Source: Ruditapes philippinarum
Taxonomy: Eukaryota
NCBI RefSeq assembly: GCF_026571515.1
Contig: NW_026855421.1
Location: 1-64,000 of the forward strand
DNA length: 64,000 nt
Direction: 5' to 3'
Shown here: piece after piece, positions 15,164 to 29,139 of the stretch
Position numbering within the stretch: position 1 is the stretch's first letter
How the letters are laid out: each line of letters begins with the position of its first letter
Notes under the pieces: generated by a model
Told to the model about the DNA's origin: nothing
Database searches by the model: none
What the model saw: the letters and a program-made list of their open reading frames with translations, nothing else
Translations under genes and position numbers: made by a program

Positions 15164-16750
15164 ACAGTCGCTATATTGATATCCAGGAAGCTACCTGCCT
15201 AGACATGGCAGTGTAGATATTTCTTCTTATGTTATGCTGTAGGTTAATTAAAACAGGGAATCATTACAAATTGATAAAAACATGCATTAATGTCATCTCA
15301 TTGAAAGTCAATTTCATTCTTATTCATGAGTTGTTTATTGTCATTGAATTCAGTATTGTCACGCCAATGATTAAAAAATTTCTTGCAAGTTAGAATTAAC
15401 AAAGAGTAAACGACACACAATGCTTTTGTACCGAGTACATTTAATGTGTCAACGTTTGAAATATAGAACTATGTGTGAAATAAAGAACATTCTGAATAGA
15501 TTTATGATTTGCAGAATTATTTTATTGTGGAGAATAATTTTAGGTGAAACTAAACATGAACATATTCTATCGTCTTTTTGAGTTTTGCTTTGAAATGATG
15601 AGAAATTGTCTGTATAGTAATTGTATGATCGTCTTAAACGCGGATGTGGCGTATGAATAGATAATGTATTGAAAGTATGGCAAGGTTACTGTTTGTTTTA
15701 TCAAATAACGCTCTCATTTGAATGCTAAACTCTGAACGTAAATAACATATTTTAACAGTAAAGTGATCAACATTTCGAGCATGTTATTTGTTCTGTGTTA
15801 CAGTAAATGTATCATTTACAGAGAAATAGTTTTTCGTTTATGATATTAGATTGCAACATTTTGTAACCAATTATGAAATATATATGAAATATATTGATCA
15901 ACGATTCTTATTATCAGTAAGGGTAAACTCTTCACATGAGAACATTTGTTTAACTTTTTCTGAAAACTTTTTTATGCTCTTTTTTCTAGTCCATTGTGTG
16001 ATTTTTTCGAAACTTTCGAAACTTGTATATGGGAGGGTAAATGGTTCAATTTCCAAGATAAACCTTCATAATTGATTGCTCTTACTTAAATCAAGAATTA
16101 ATACCTTTAACATTGAATACAATTATAATTATAAATTCCAATTACTGATGACCCATGCCTTTTCAATTTGGTAAGTGTTCATAAATACCTTACTTATTCA
16201 TTTTGTATGGCTTAATTTCTTACTATATAATTAATTCATATTGGTAAGTGTAATATGCAAAACTGTATATACATGTAGTCACTATCATTATTATATCCAT
16301 TATTTGTACATGTAGAATTTTATGTGTTTAGAAATTCCAAACTGAGATATGAAATATTGCTATAATGCATTACTAAATTAAATTGTAAAAAAACAATTGA
16401 TTGTATAATTGAAGCATAGGTTCTATATTATATTTTTATTGAACTCATTATATATTTCTAATTTGATATCTTAGTGTTGTTTTATACGAGCTATCAGTGA
16501 AGACTGACGCAACAAATAGTAGTCTTCATCGTAGTATTGCATTGAAATGACATTTAATCAACATTTATGGATGGTAGTTATTTTAAAGGCTTGTACATGA
16601 TTGGACAGTGTTTGCGTATTTCCTTGAAAGTTATGATTTCAGAATGTTAAGGAATTTGAAAGGAAACGTCACAGCTGTGTTTTGATATGAACAATGTAAA
16701 GAGTTTGTTTCAATTTTTATTTCTCTTCATCAATTTGTAAATCTGTTTTC

Positions 16751-17738
16751 TATGGTGGCTGATTTGTGCCATTTTGCGTTTTCGTCCCGCGACCCCGCCA
16801 AGCGAAAAGTCGAGAATTAACAATTAAAATGGCGGGGGCGCGCAGCGAAAACACGCTAATTAGCGGGGGCGCGGGGCGAAAAGTCGAGATTTAATTGTAA
16901 AACCGCGGGGCCGCGAAGCGAAATATTTATTGTTATAGGGCGCTAATTAGCGTGCTTTTGTCCGCACCCCTGCCAAATCATTCTTAAAAACCTCGACTTT
17001 TTGCTACGCGCCCCCGCTAATTAGCGTGTTGTCGCTCCGCGCCCCCGCCGTTTTTGAAGTTAAAATCTCGTGTTTTCGCCCCGCGCCCCCGCTAATTAGC
17101 GTGTTTTCGCTCCGCGCCCCCGCCGTTTTATACATTTATTAAACCTCGTTTGGCGTCCCCGATAATTAGCGTGTTTTCGCTCCGCGTCCCCGCCGTTTTA
17201 ATTCTTAAATCTCGTACCGCGACCCCGCGGGGCGAAGTTTTTTCCTTCATTCTCGCCCCGCGCCCTCGCTAATTAACGTGTTTTCGCCCTGCGCCCCAGT
17301 CATTTTATTTCTTAAATCTTGTCCCGCCGGGGTCGCAGGACGAGATTTAAGAAATAAAACGGCGGGGACGCGGAACGAAAACACGCTAATAAGCGGGGGG
17401 CGCGGGGCGAGATTTAAGTAAAAATCTTCGCCCCGTGGGGTCGCGGGACGAGATTTAAGAAATAAAACGGCGAGGACGCGAAGCGAAAAGTCGAGATTTT
17501 GTTAGAATAATTTGGCGGGGGCGCGGACAACAGCACGCTAATAAGCGCCCTAAAACAATAAATATTTCGCTTCGCGGCCCCGCGGTTTTACAATAAAATC
17601 TCGACTTTTCGCCCCGCGCCCCCGCTAATTAGCGTGTTTTCGCTCCGCGCCCTCGCCATTTTAACTTGTTAATTCTCGACTTTTCGCTTGGCGGGATCGC
17701 GGGGCGAAAACGCGAAATAGCACAAATCAGCCACCATA
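16751..17738. mobile_element. GC-rich foldback non-autonomous DNA transposon, IS3EU-like
   Basis: Termini TATGG...CCATA; 6-bp TSD GTTTTC at 16745-16750 and 17739-17744; long inverted arms; internal subrepeats of CCCCGCTAATTAGCGTGTTTTCGCTCCGCG. Confidence 0.9.
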
Positions 17739-20700
17739 GTTTTCAGTGTATTTGTATTTACCCGATGACCACACGATATAATAAGTCTATTATAGTGTCA
17801 CAGCCGTAATCCTTTCATATCGGATATTTATTTATTTTGAGCTCCCTCCCGCAACTTATTTACACCATTGTCCAAATGTATATATAGACCTTGACGTTTG
17901 TGCCTTAAATAATGTTTATACCTTATTTGTTTCCGACTTAATCGTAGAATAAAGATCACCATCGTATCGGTCAACGAACCAGAATCAACGATTGTTACCC
18001 TTAATTTTTATAGAAATATATAATTTCATAATTCATGACGTTGTTTGAGTTATTTGTCGTATACTAGGAGTGCCTTTTATGACGTATAAAATGTCTTTTA
18101 TAAAATACCATTGTCTTAAAGATAAGACGGATATTGCGTGTTAATGTTCTACAGCATGACTTTCTTTGATAATACAACAATCGAGAAATGAAGTTTTTAT
18201 TGTTTATGTTTTCCCTTTGCAAATGCTACTTTTACGGGTGTTTCTATCACATAAATTTCATATTTCCCGTACAAGTTTGTAACGGATAAATACATCATTC
18301 GAAAATCTGAATTTGTTCATAATGTTTACAAACAGACTACGGTCTGAGTTAGTTTAGATTCCAAATAACTTACTTAGTAACATGAGAATACTAGTATTGA
18401 TTTTTGTTCTTCATGTTCATACCTTTAGATATAGTTTAACTTCAAAAAAAATTAAAATAATGTTCTCTATTAAATATGTTTGAGCGTTAAGCTTCTTATA
18501 TCATATACTGTTGTGATACAATTTATATGTATTTGTCGGAAGTATAAATTGATGTTTCCTCTTTGGAAAACTCGAGTCTAAATTATGTAAATTTCCGTTT
18601 GCATATGTGCCCTATTTGTCATGAATTCAATTGTCTGTTGTTAATTTACCGCCATTTATCACCAGAAGAAAATTCCCTTACAGAATTGACTAACAATTTT
18701 TGTAAGAACAGTGATATGGTGGAGGTTTGTAAGTCTTGTCTTCTTTAAGGCATGTCAGATATAAATACAGACAGTGTAAGGCCGTATGCTGTGTTTAATT
18801 TCACACAAGTACATAAAAATATACTTATGTTATGGTGATTATCAAATCAATTTCATTGTGCACTATTGTGTAATTCTTTTTAAAAATCAGCTTTATGTAT
18901 ACCTTCATTTAACATAAAAATTGAAGTAAATAAAGTCAATGTTTGATAAATTGATTTTTTCACGTAAACTTTGTTTTTGGCGATATACATATGATTTAAG
19001 GTCAATTCTGCCTCAGATATGCTTTTATGTCATTTTTCCAAAAGCATTTTCTTTACGGTGTACCTTTATTTTTTCCAAAATGCAACAAATAGGGCAAATA
19101 CCTAAACTAACTTTTTCTTCTTTTGTTTGGCAGTGAGTAGTAATAGTGATTTAGTATTTTGTACGGTAATCATAATTATTATATTACTTTGTTTACATTT
19201 TGTTACTTTTATGACAGAATATTTCACATTAAACATTACTTTCTTTAGGTAACGAACATCTATACATGATCTAATCGATAATTCAACGTTATATAGTTCA
19301 CGTTTGCCTTTTCCAAAAAAATGTAAACCTATTCATTTCTGAAGTATAGTGTGCTTTAAAGCTATTACAACTTCAAATCTGTGAAAATGTTTTCCATATA
19401 GTATGAAATATGCATTCAAGTTCGTATTCTATTTTACATGCATGTGATACAAAATAATTATAAATAATAAGGCACAACTATTACCTATAATAAATACTAT
19501 TATCATAATGTTATATCCATAAAGCTATTTATTGTAATTATTGTCCTGCAATAAGACACAATTAGATGACAGTGATATAGATCATTTGCCAAATGCTATT
19601 TTAAACACTATTTTCTCAAACCAAAAGTATTCGGTATGGCAAGCTATCCAAATTTACAATTAAAAAATTCTCTATACAATGCATTTGCGTCATCCTAACT
19701 ACATGGCTGTTCTAAAAAAGGAAAATTGTTTTGATTCACGTAATAAGATTAGCAAACAAATATACGTTAATTCCTGTAATAGCCTGCACCGTAAACGAAA
19801 CAGGAGTTTTTATTGTTTAAACATAATTGTAGTCATTGTGTTTTACTGAAGATTATAATCGTTGATACAAGTAAATGTTGGTTGTAACGTAGACATGAGT
19901 AAGTTATAAATTCATGAAACTTAATATTTTAAACACAGAACATATAGTTATAAATTATGAATGTTGTCTGCAAATGAAATATATCGGATAATTTGTGCTT
20001 AGTGTATGAAGAATTAGTCATTTTAGATACAATGAAATGCATTACGTGTAATTAATTTGAAAAATCCCAAAAGTTCATTCTTTAAAATGCGTCTGGGCAA
20101 TGTCCTCAAAGACACACGTTATAGACATTTTCACGTACTGTACAGGATAAAAAAAACACACTAAAACAGTACAATGACATCATTCTCTTTAAACAAAATA
20201 TATTGTTTATAGAAGATGAGTGATTTCTTATCATTATATAGTTTCAATATCATTGCATTGTCATTTGATTAACCATGATTTGCCAAGAATAAAGGGTGCA
20301 GCTACTGGCCAAAGAATGAGCTAAGGTAATGTAGCTTGTATATTTTCTTTTCAAACTTTTATTTGTAAAAACATTCATAATTACTCTTTGTAACGTCAAC
20401 AAAGGACTTTTTCTTTAATCACTTCCTGGTCCAATCAATGGAACATTTCCGATCGTCATTTTAAAGATTGCTTCCTCATATGACGGAAATTACTTTGGGA
20501 ACTCGCTCTTGCTGTATTCTATGTTGACGGGTTTTGTTTTTTTTTCTTTTTAAATACATCGACGATTCTTAGAAAGTAAATAATTTAGAACGTCAAAGAA
20601 ATGTGTAAAGTACAAATATATTGTTACGTATTGGTGCATTCTCTAACCAAAGATAACGCAACAAAAATCGTATGACTTCCGAAGTTAATGTAACAAATTG

Positions 20701-21488
20701 AAGAAAACCATTGTCCGCTTACAGCAAAATTAAGACGTTTACAATTATTGCGTAGCAGAAACAAATACCTTGGGTTGAGTGACAAACATAATACACTTTT
20801 GCTGAGCCCCTCCCCTGCTGGTTATACAAAATATATTTATATTTCGTGTGTACGAATGTTGTCGAGTTAACATTAAGAACAACAAACTGATTGACTCTTT
20901 GTTGTAAGTCCAAACATTAATTTGCCGGCACACGACGATGTTATTATTCTGTAAGATGTATTTCTTAAAACATAACAGAAAAATATAAGAGAATATATTA
21001 TTAAAAAAATATAATCTATAAATGCGTTTCTTTGTTCCTAAGTCGATTATCAAAGTATAGCATTACATTATATTTTTAGTTATAATATGACATTTTGATA
21101 TAAAACTTTCTTTTAATTAGGGATCCAACACATATTGTTACACTAAATAAGTATAGATAACATATAAAGTATCTAGCGTTGTTTCCCTTTTTGTTCTTAA
21201 TAAATGTTTTTTGTTGTTGTTTTTTTTTAAATTTTTTCTTCAGTATTGTGAAAACAAATGCTAAAGTAACTTTTATACTCGAACAAATATTAGTACACAG
21301 AATAGTTACATGTTTGTAAAATTTCTTGCCCATGAAAATACTTTAACTAAACAGACAAAGCTTCCGTTCGTGATAACTTCATTGAGTAGCATATGTAAAC
21401 TGTTAAATAATCAAAGCACAGAAGGCGCTGAATTTGTTTGGGTCTCAGAATGTCAGAAAGGTGAAAGTGTGAGATTATAAAACAATTT

Positions 21489-22239
21489 GTTTTTGTATAG
21501 TGCCACCAATGCTTTCCAGCGTTTTAATTGTAGTAGATTGGCTATAAGACTAATTGCAACACTGATATTCGATCCAATGTTTATTTGACTTAAACAATTT
21601 GAAAAAAAATGTGATGCCTTAATTGGGATTTGAACTCCAGACCTCTCGCTTCATAAGCGAGCGTGCAAACCCCTCGGCCACGGTGGATTTACATGTTAAC
21701 GGTCTGAAGAAAACCATATTATTCTAGTTAGGGTTTGTAACGACGATAACTGTTGTTTAACACTTGTGTAAATAATCATGGCGCTTACTATAAGCATGTA
21801 TATCTATAAAGAATAAAACAATATAAGAAATATTCGACCATTCGGGAATTATTTTGCTTGAAAATTAATCCGCCTGTCATGTAACCATATTTACGCAGTG
21901 ATCTCCCCTTAATTTTTCGGCTTAAGTGTTACATATAAAGGGAAGTAACCGCTTCAAAAAAGCGGACTACTTTCGGCACTTGCAATTAACAGCATTAGAG
22001 TCTGAAATTTCGCTACCATTATTTGTTTGGTCTGACGACCCAAACAAAAAAATGGTATTGAACCAAAACAAATGTTAACAGTTGTGTTTACAAACCATCC
22101 GTTTTAAATGTAATCAAACCAGCTGTGTTCTCGCATGATATAATTGTATATAAAACATTTAAATGTTTGCATAAAAATCAGTTATGTTTAATTATGTTTT
22201 TAAACTAGGATATAAACAAGAATGCTTACATTTACAAAT
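21489..22239 (-). mobile_element. ~750-bp element with internal tRNA-derived segment, copy 1
   Basis: Near-identical to 24794-25542 (I see only two homopolymer-length differences); the flanks are unrelated. Confidence 0.8.
21615..21687 (-). pseudogene. tRNA-derived sequence (SINE-head-like)
   Basis: Minus strand: A box TGGCCGAGGGG, anticodon arm CTCGC-TTATGAA-GCGAG, variable loop AGGTC, B box GTTCAAATC; the acceptor stem does not pair. Confidence 0.75.
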
Positions 22240-22369
22240 TTAAAACAAATCAGAAAGTAAAAAAGTAGATAAAGCTGTTGTATTACAATTATTATATATC
22301 TATAACGACAGAAACATGTCAGTGGAGAAAAAAGGCAATACGTTCATACGTTTCCGCATACTTTATTTA

Positions 22370-22714
22370 AGATCCTGTAACACAATTTTTTATGGTTTTT
22401 AATCATAATTACGATGCTCAAATTAAGATTTATCAATATTGTAGGTTCCAAAAAAGCATTAGTTATAAAATAGTACCGAATTTATCATTTCATGTAAATA
22501 AAGGGAGGTAAAAAAATTATAAAGTTTAAGTCAAATTATACAATAAGAAATGAATGGCTATATTTTAATGATTACATATAATATGCACAAATATTTGCAG
22601 TACATATTGTACATATTATTCGATGTTTGGAAATTGTTTTATTTAAATAATTATGTACATATATATATTTTCACTTAGTGTAGTTTACCACTTTGATCAC
22701 AACATACAGGATCT
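22370..22714. mobile_element. MITE, Kolobok-like, copy 1
   Basis: TIR AGATCCTGTA...TACAGGATCT followed by TTAA; homologous to 27415-27772. Confidence 0.8.
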
Positions 22715-23887
22715 TTAATTTAGAGTACATTTTTGAATTAACAACGAATATATATTACATCTTGAAATATATAGCACCTAAAGCGGTAAAATGTGGTACT
22801 TTGATTAAACTCGTTGAGATTTTTTCTTTCTAATTTCAAACCTACATATGCTGTCACTATAACGGAGCAATTGCCGGAAAGTGTATGTCACGTTATGATC
22901 CCCTTTAACCTGACATTGTTCAAAACTTAATGACTTTTGACTGTATTGCAAGTATGTTTTCTGACTAATGGGGGTTACACGATTATTTCTTGTAAAGTTA
23001 CTACTTCTAGGCCCATAGTAAAACAGTATGTCAATATCCAAACTACTTCAAACATTAATGTTATGAGTTATTTCTAATATCATTTGTCATAAAGATGGAA
23101 ATTGTTACGTGTATGTGCAGGCGTTTGTCATGATTCATCAAGTAATAAACAGTATGATTTGTCCTTTGATATTGACATCTTAGAAAATACTTAATAAACT
23201 ACAAGTAAAAGCAGCATTCCAAACGGAAAACACAATCATGTTCAGCAGTAATTTGTCCTCTACGTTATAACTGTGGTTAACTTTATCTTATCAATAGTTG
23301 TGTTATGCATTTACACTCGTCATAATTGTTTATATCAAGGATGATGCATGAGGGCGCAATTAGAAAGCCACACTTAACACAAATGCGGATGTGTTCACTA
23401 ATACCATGTTAAAATGTTGAATTCTCGTTAAGCCTGTGATAGGGGGCGTAGTAACTTATATTTTTCATAACTGTCTATGACCGGACTCAATCAAACCGAG
23501 TCGGCAATGTTTTAATTTTGTCATTTATGGCGTTTTAAGGGATTTTGTTCAACGTTTCTAGAACGAGTTGCTGATGTAGCAGTGTTTGTATCCTTTTGCC
23601 ACATATGAATATGAATTTCACCACATAGTATGTTCTTTGAGATTAACATATAAGAATTACATTGTGGAGTTTTATATAACTACGTCGGACGCAATTAAGG
23701 TTACGATGTAAAGGGAAAATGTTTCTGCACTCAATATCTCAAAAATGGCATTTTTGACCAAGGTTCTTCAAATTATTTCAATTTCCTCTGATTTGCTTTG
23801 TTTGATAGAGTCTTTTTCACTCGAACGTTACCTTTCCCTAAAATTGAAATAAAAAGGTTTTGCATATCACCTCCGTGCCATCGTTTA

Positions 23888-24498
23888 CTGTAAAATCCCC
23901 TTATAACGAACTCATTGGGGCATTCATAATTTGTTCCTTATATCCGGAATTTATTGTAAGCATATAGCGAATTATTTCCTTGTATCAGGAGTGTTTATAG
24001 CGAAAAGTATTTCAGTTTTAGTTTTATTCCCTTTCACAATTTCACATAAAATTATGAAATCATTTTGTTTCTAAGCTCAGTGCTTTTCGTTTTCTTATTA
24101 TATTGGTGACAAGAATTCATGCTAAAATATCCTAAATAAAAAACTATTACGTACTGCTTTAAAAAGCCATTTTCTAGGCTGTATTGAAGTACAAACAACA
24201 GTAAACAGTACATTCGGCCGTGTTTAATACATGTCAATACGTGGAAGTTGAAAATGCGGGATCTATTTACGGATAGCCGATATTTTGTAGTTCGTTATAA
24301 AAGTGTAATTTTCTGTACTTTTAACTAAATTGGGATTAAGAAATGAGTTCCTTTTAAGCGATAATTCCTTATAACTTAGTTATCTATAACCGTGTATCTT
24401 TATATTAAATGAAGAAGAGCAAAATTCGGGCCAAAACATCTTTCTCCTGATAACCGGAAGTTCGCTTTAACCGTGTTCGCTATAAGTGAAGTTTACTG
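23888..24498. mobile_element. MITE, Tc1/pogo (Tigger)-like
   Basis: TA-flanked imperfect TIR CTGTAAAATCCCCTTATAACGAAC / GTTCGCTATAAGTGAAGTTTACTG. Confidence 0.75.
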
Positions 24499-24793
24499 TA
24501 TATGTTTGTTTGCTAGTTTGCTTAAAATATCTTCTTTGAATTAATTAGAAAAGTCTCAAAAAATTAGTATAAAGTGTCATTATACTAAAGTATACTAAAT
24601 TTGTTTTGGCCAAATTAGGCTTAGGGAAAAATGATAATAATGGTTACAATAAAAATGACAAAATTACGTTTCCTGTTGGATAGATCATCGGGCCACTGAC
24701 AAGATCATTTATTATAAATAAAAAAAGACTCTAAAGTCTATATATAAATGCTAGAAATATTCTCGCCGGTACAATTGTCAGTAAAATACGTTC

Positions 24794-25542
24794 GTTTTTG
24801 TATAGTGCCACCAATGCTTTCCAGCGTTTTAATTGTAGTAGATTGGCTATAAGACTAATTGCAACACTGATATTCGATCCAATGTTTATTTGACTTAAAC
24901 AATTTGAAAAAAATGTGATGCCTTAATTGGGATTTGAACTCCAGACCTCTCGCTTCATAAGCGAGCGTGCAAACCCCTCGGCCACGGTGGATTTACATGT
25001 TAACGGTCTGAAGAAAACCATATTATTCTAGTTAGGGTTTGTAACGACGATAACTGTTGTTTAACACTTGTGTAAATAATCATGGCGCTTACTATAAGCA
25101 TGTATATCTATAAAGAATAAAACAATATAAGAAATATTCGACCATTCGGGAATTATTTTGCTTGAAAATTAATCCGCCTGTCATGTAACCATATTTACGC
25201 AGTGATCTCCCCTTAATTTTCGGCTTAAGTGTTACATATAAAGGGAAGTAACCGCTTCAAAAAAGCGGACTACTTTCGGCACTTGCAATTAACAGCATTA
25301 GAGTCTGAAATTTCGCTACCATTATTTGTTTGGTCTGACGACCCAAACAAAAAAATGGTATTGAACCAAAACAAATGTTAACAGTTGTGTTTACAAACCA
25401 TCCGTTTTAAATGTAATCAAACCAGCTGTGTTCTCGCATGATATAATTGTATATAAAACATTTAAATGTTTGCATAAAAATCAGTTATGTTTAATTATGT
25501 TTTTAAACTAGGATATAAACAAGAATGCTTACATTTACAAAT
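24794..25542 (-). mobile_element. ~750-bp element with internal tRNA-derived segment, copy 2
   Basis: Near-identical direct copy of 21489-22239. Confidence 0.8.
24919..24991 (-). pseudogene. tRNA-derived sequence, copy 2
   Basis: Same sequence as 21615-21687. Confidence 0.75.
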
Positions 25543-25589
25543 GTATTTGGTTGGGTTTTTTAAAACTATTTGTGGTATAGCACAATAAT

Positions 25590-28450
25590 TTCACCATCAA
25601 TAAATCTGATATGTTTTGCAATTTCAACACACTGCAAATAACATGCAATTGTAGCACACTCGATTTAATTTACAACTGGATACAAAAATCGCTACGACAT
25701 AGCTTTAGTATGATTTATTACGGAGATCAGTAAAGTTGAAGTCAAGAAAACCAATGAATTGTCAAAAAACTGACACTGCAATCCTTATATTTAACTGCCT
25801 GCTCTTTAGTAATTGAAACCCGTAATCACTTTACATAGATTCAATTCACTCATTTATGTCAAATCCTTGTACGATTATTGCATTTAAATTCAATAATCCT
25901 TAATATAATCTAACATACATTTGCAATTCATCAGAAATTCTGTCAGAATAGTTATACAGATGAAAAAACGAAAGTCAAATACATGATGAAAGGTGTTCAA
26001 AAGATAAAGCTTAAATATGGATGACTTTGTGTTTAAAAGCGGCAGGCAATGATACTGACTTTCAAACAAGAAATGTTAAGTATAAGTGCTATCTTGATCA
26101 CAACAAGGTTTGCTTATACGTCGCATTTTCCGGATAGTTCCAGAAAGCAGGCGTTTAGATTGGTATAAATCGTCTTCGACCATCCATCAAAATAAAGCAA
26201 TATTTTTTGTTTAGAGCCTTTATTTCTTTTATTCCTATAATTTTGATAAGTAACACAACGCCTCGCTTTTCGAATTTAGGGATAAAAAGGGCAATTGTAA
26301 ACATAAGATATTAAGACAATTTCCTAACATTAATTTTGATCATTTTGGAGATAATCTTTGCTAGATAAGACAAGTATATGAATAATATATGAAGTGGTGA
26401 AATGTGGTATTGCCGGTATTGATATAAGTACAATGTAATTTCAAGATATAATCACTCTGCCTAAATGCTAACCCTTAAGTGATGAAGTCGTCGTGTTTTT
26501 TTTTATCCTATAGAATCCGGATATTTGACTATTTGAGTGCCTGGTTTTTTTGTTTGTTTTTTTTTGTTTGTTTATTTTTTGCACGTATCAAAAGAGGTGT
26601 GGCAACTGTAACAAGTTGCCCAATTCTGGACTTCAGTGCTATTATACGTTTATTGTCATTCGTTATATTCATTGATTCAAATAATTTAAAGAGTTGAAAA
26701 TTAAATTAACTTAGGCTAGTGCTAGATAAAATCAACACGGTCATTGTTACATTTAAAATTACATTCCTACATACCTATGTCGATCACTGTCCGACAGTTT
26801 ATCTAAAAGCCACTTCTTATTATGTTTCATTAATGTTTATCGTTTCAGGCTACGAACCAAAGTCACGGCATACAAAAAACGTTCTGGTCAATATATTTTT
26901 TCCATGATACTATTGTAACAATTGTGTATACTGATATATGATATACAGCGTTTATGATCATTAATAACGCGTGACATATATATCAATCAAATTATCTTAG
27001 ATAAATACATTTAGGCTCCCTGGCTTTTTTATTTCTCATATCATATCTTATTTTTTAACTTTTCTTTAATGGTGATAAGGGACAATTAATATGAAACTTC
27101 TTTTCTTCTTTCTAAATCGAACGTTTATGTAAAGTTTGATTTTACTATCTTTAACGATTTCTTATACTGTAAATGTTCTTAAATCAATAGTGTTTTTCAG
27201 CCAAGTTATGTTATACAAGTCTTTCGAAAATCTTGCTATGTTTGGTATTTTTCTCAGACTGGGGCCCCAATATAATGTAGATTCAAAGTAACCGATTTGT
27301 CATAGGAGGAAATAAACTTTGAATTCAAGTCTTAATCTTTCCCTCAATAATGTCTTGCTTCTAACGAATGAATAGCAACGAATATTTTGATATTTGAAAA
27401 CTATTTTTAAATAAAGATCCTGTAACGCAACTATACTTTTTTATGGTTTTAAATCATAAATATGATGCTCAAAATTAAAATGTATCAATATTGTAGGTTC
27501 CAAAAAACATTATTTATAAAGATATACCGCATTTAACATTTCATGTTAATAAAGGGAGGTAGTAAAAAAATATTTTCTAAAGATTGAGTCAAATTTTACA
27601 ATCAGAAATGAATGCATATATTTTAATAATTACATATAATATGCACAAATATTTGCAGTACACATTTGACATATTCTTTGATGTTTGAAAATTGTTTTCT
27701 TTGCATAATTATGTACATATATATAATTTCACTTCGTGTGGTTTGCCACTTTGATCACAACATACAGGATCTTTAACATATTGGCACGATATATTACAGC
27801 TGACAACTTATCGTCGCCATCCGCGTACTTTCTTGGTATTTATGGAACGCTGAATAACAAATATGTCAATCTGCATAAGCATATGTTCCCTAACGTGAGT
27901 TAGATTGACAGTTGTCAATTTATCACCATTTATCACCAGATTAGCAGACCCGTACATAATTCACTGACATTTGTATGTTAAAAAGGAAAATAGTGTACAT
28001 ATCTGGCATGTGAGATGTGTATTTCTTAGGATAGAAAAATCCATACAAAGTACTACAAATAGAGGTTCTGGAAAATCTAATATCATATCGACTTATCACA
28101 CACTATACCCTTCGTTACGTTTTCCATAGGGCAATTGTAATGTTCAGTGTCAACGGAGTCGAAATATATTTGCAATAACTTTTATGTTTCGAAGATTACA
28201 AATAGCTAGTGGGATTATTTTCTGTTTGTTTACATCAATTAAAAACAAAACATTTCGTTGAGTTATGCTTTCACACTTATGCTGACACTTAGCGTGGTAA
28301 ACATACGTGTGTTTATAATTATGACGTCGCTTCTTGATTAAAGTATTTTATTTTGAATTTATAATAACTGAATATTTGATGGACAAAATCTTAACTTAAA
28401 AAATAAGTAACTGAAGGTAGAGCAAAAGATATCCGACAATATATTATTCT
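25590..28450 (+). repeat. Duplicated unit B, copy 1
   Basis: Colinear with 29140-31400, 45250-48410 and 51460-53470; shared anchors ACTGCAATCCTT, GGAGATAATCTT, AAGTGATGAAGTCGTCG, GATAGAAAAATCCATACAAA. Confidence 0.9.
27415..27772. mobile_element. MITE, Kolobok-like, copy 2
   Basis: TIR AGATCCTGTA/TACAGGATCT inserted at a TTAA; the paralogous site near 30675 (CTATTTTTAACATA) is empty. Confidence 0.85.
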
Positions 28451-28602
28451 TTTTTGTGTTCCTTTTTTCATCTTTTGTTGTTGTTGTTGTTGTTTTTTAT
28501 GTTTGTTGAATCCTTCAGCAATTATAAAACAATTGTATTTATACAATGTAGTTTCCTTCAAATGAGAACTGTTTATTGTAATAAAGCCGCGTCTTTTAGA
28601 AT

Positions 28603-29138
28603 AGCATTTAAAAATGATTGATATAGAAAAGGTATATGGATTTGAAATAGTATCAAATTAACAATTTTAGAAGGAATTACATAGCGTTCAATTTAGTTAC
28701 CAAGACAACAGAGTGCCAGTCTTTGTAAATAAAAGGCATAGGAAAGTTGGTACATGTAACTGTACAAATCAGACTTAAGACCACCCCGGAATTATTACAA
28801 CCCTTTATTTGAGATAGATTTATAAAGCCTTGACAATAATAGTCACAAAAGACTACTCTTAAGATCAATTTGGTTAACACCAATCGTCTTGAGGGTTTTA
28901 TCAATGGGTAAAGGTTTCTATATTGAATAACTTTAGTATTTGTTCAATTCAGTTGACAGCAAATAACTTGTAAGTGACAAAGTGACAAAAAGGTCTAATG
29001 TATTACCTTGATTGGTTGCTGAATCTAAAACGCATGTGAAAAGAGGTGGCTAAATTAACACTTTAAAATTGAAATAAAGAAACTCTGCCATTTACATGAG
29101 TTACTCTAATTGGACAGATTGTTTTCATCTTGGAGAGA
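28603..29138 (+). repeat. Duplicated unit A, copy 1 of 4
   Basis: ACCAAGACAACAGAG...GATTGGTTGCTGAATCTAAAAC...TTGGAGAGAC recurs at 43315-43864, 50978-51460 and 62506-63058. Confidence 0.9.
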
Positions 29139-29139
29139 C

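Noticed and set aside
21615-21687. Functional tRNA gene
   Set aside because: The acceptor stem does not pair, the T stem has mismatches, and it lies inside a duplicated repeat
25983-26058. C/D box snoRNA (ATGATGA...CTGA)
   Set aside because: The D box is altered in the 29140 copy (CAGA) and the C box in the 51460 copy (ATGTTGA); no recognisable guide sequence
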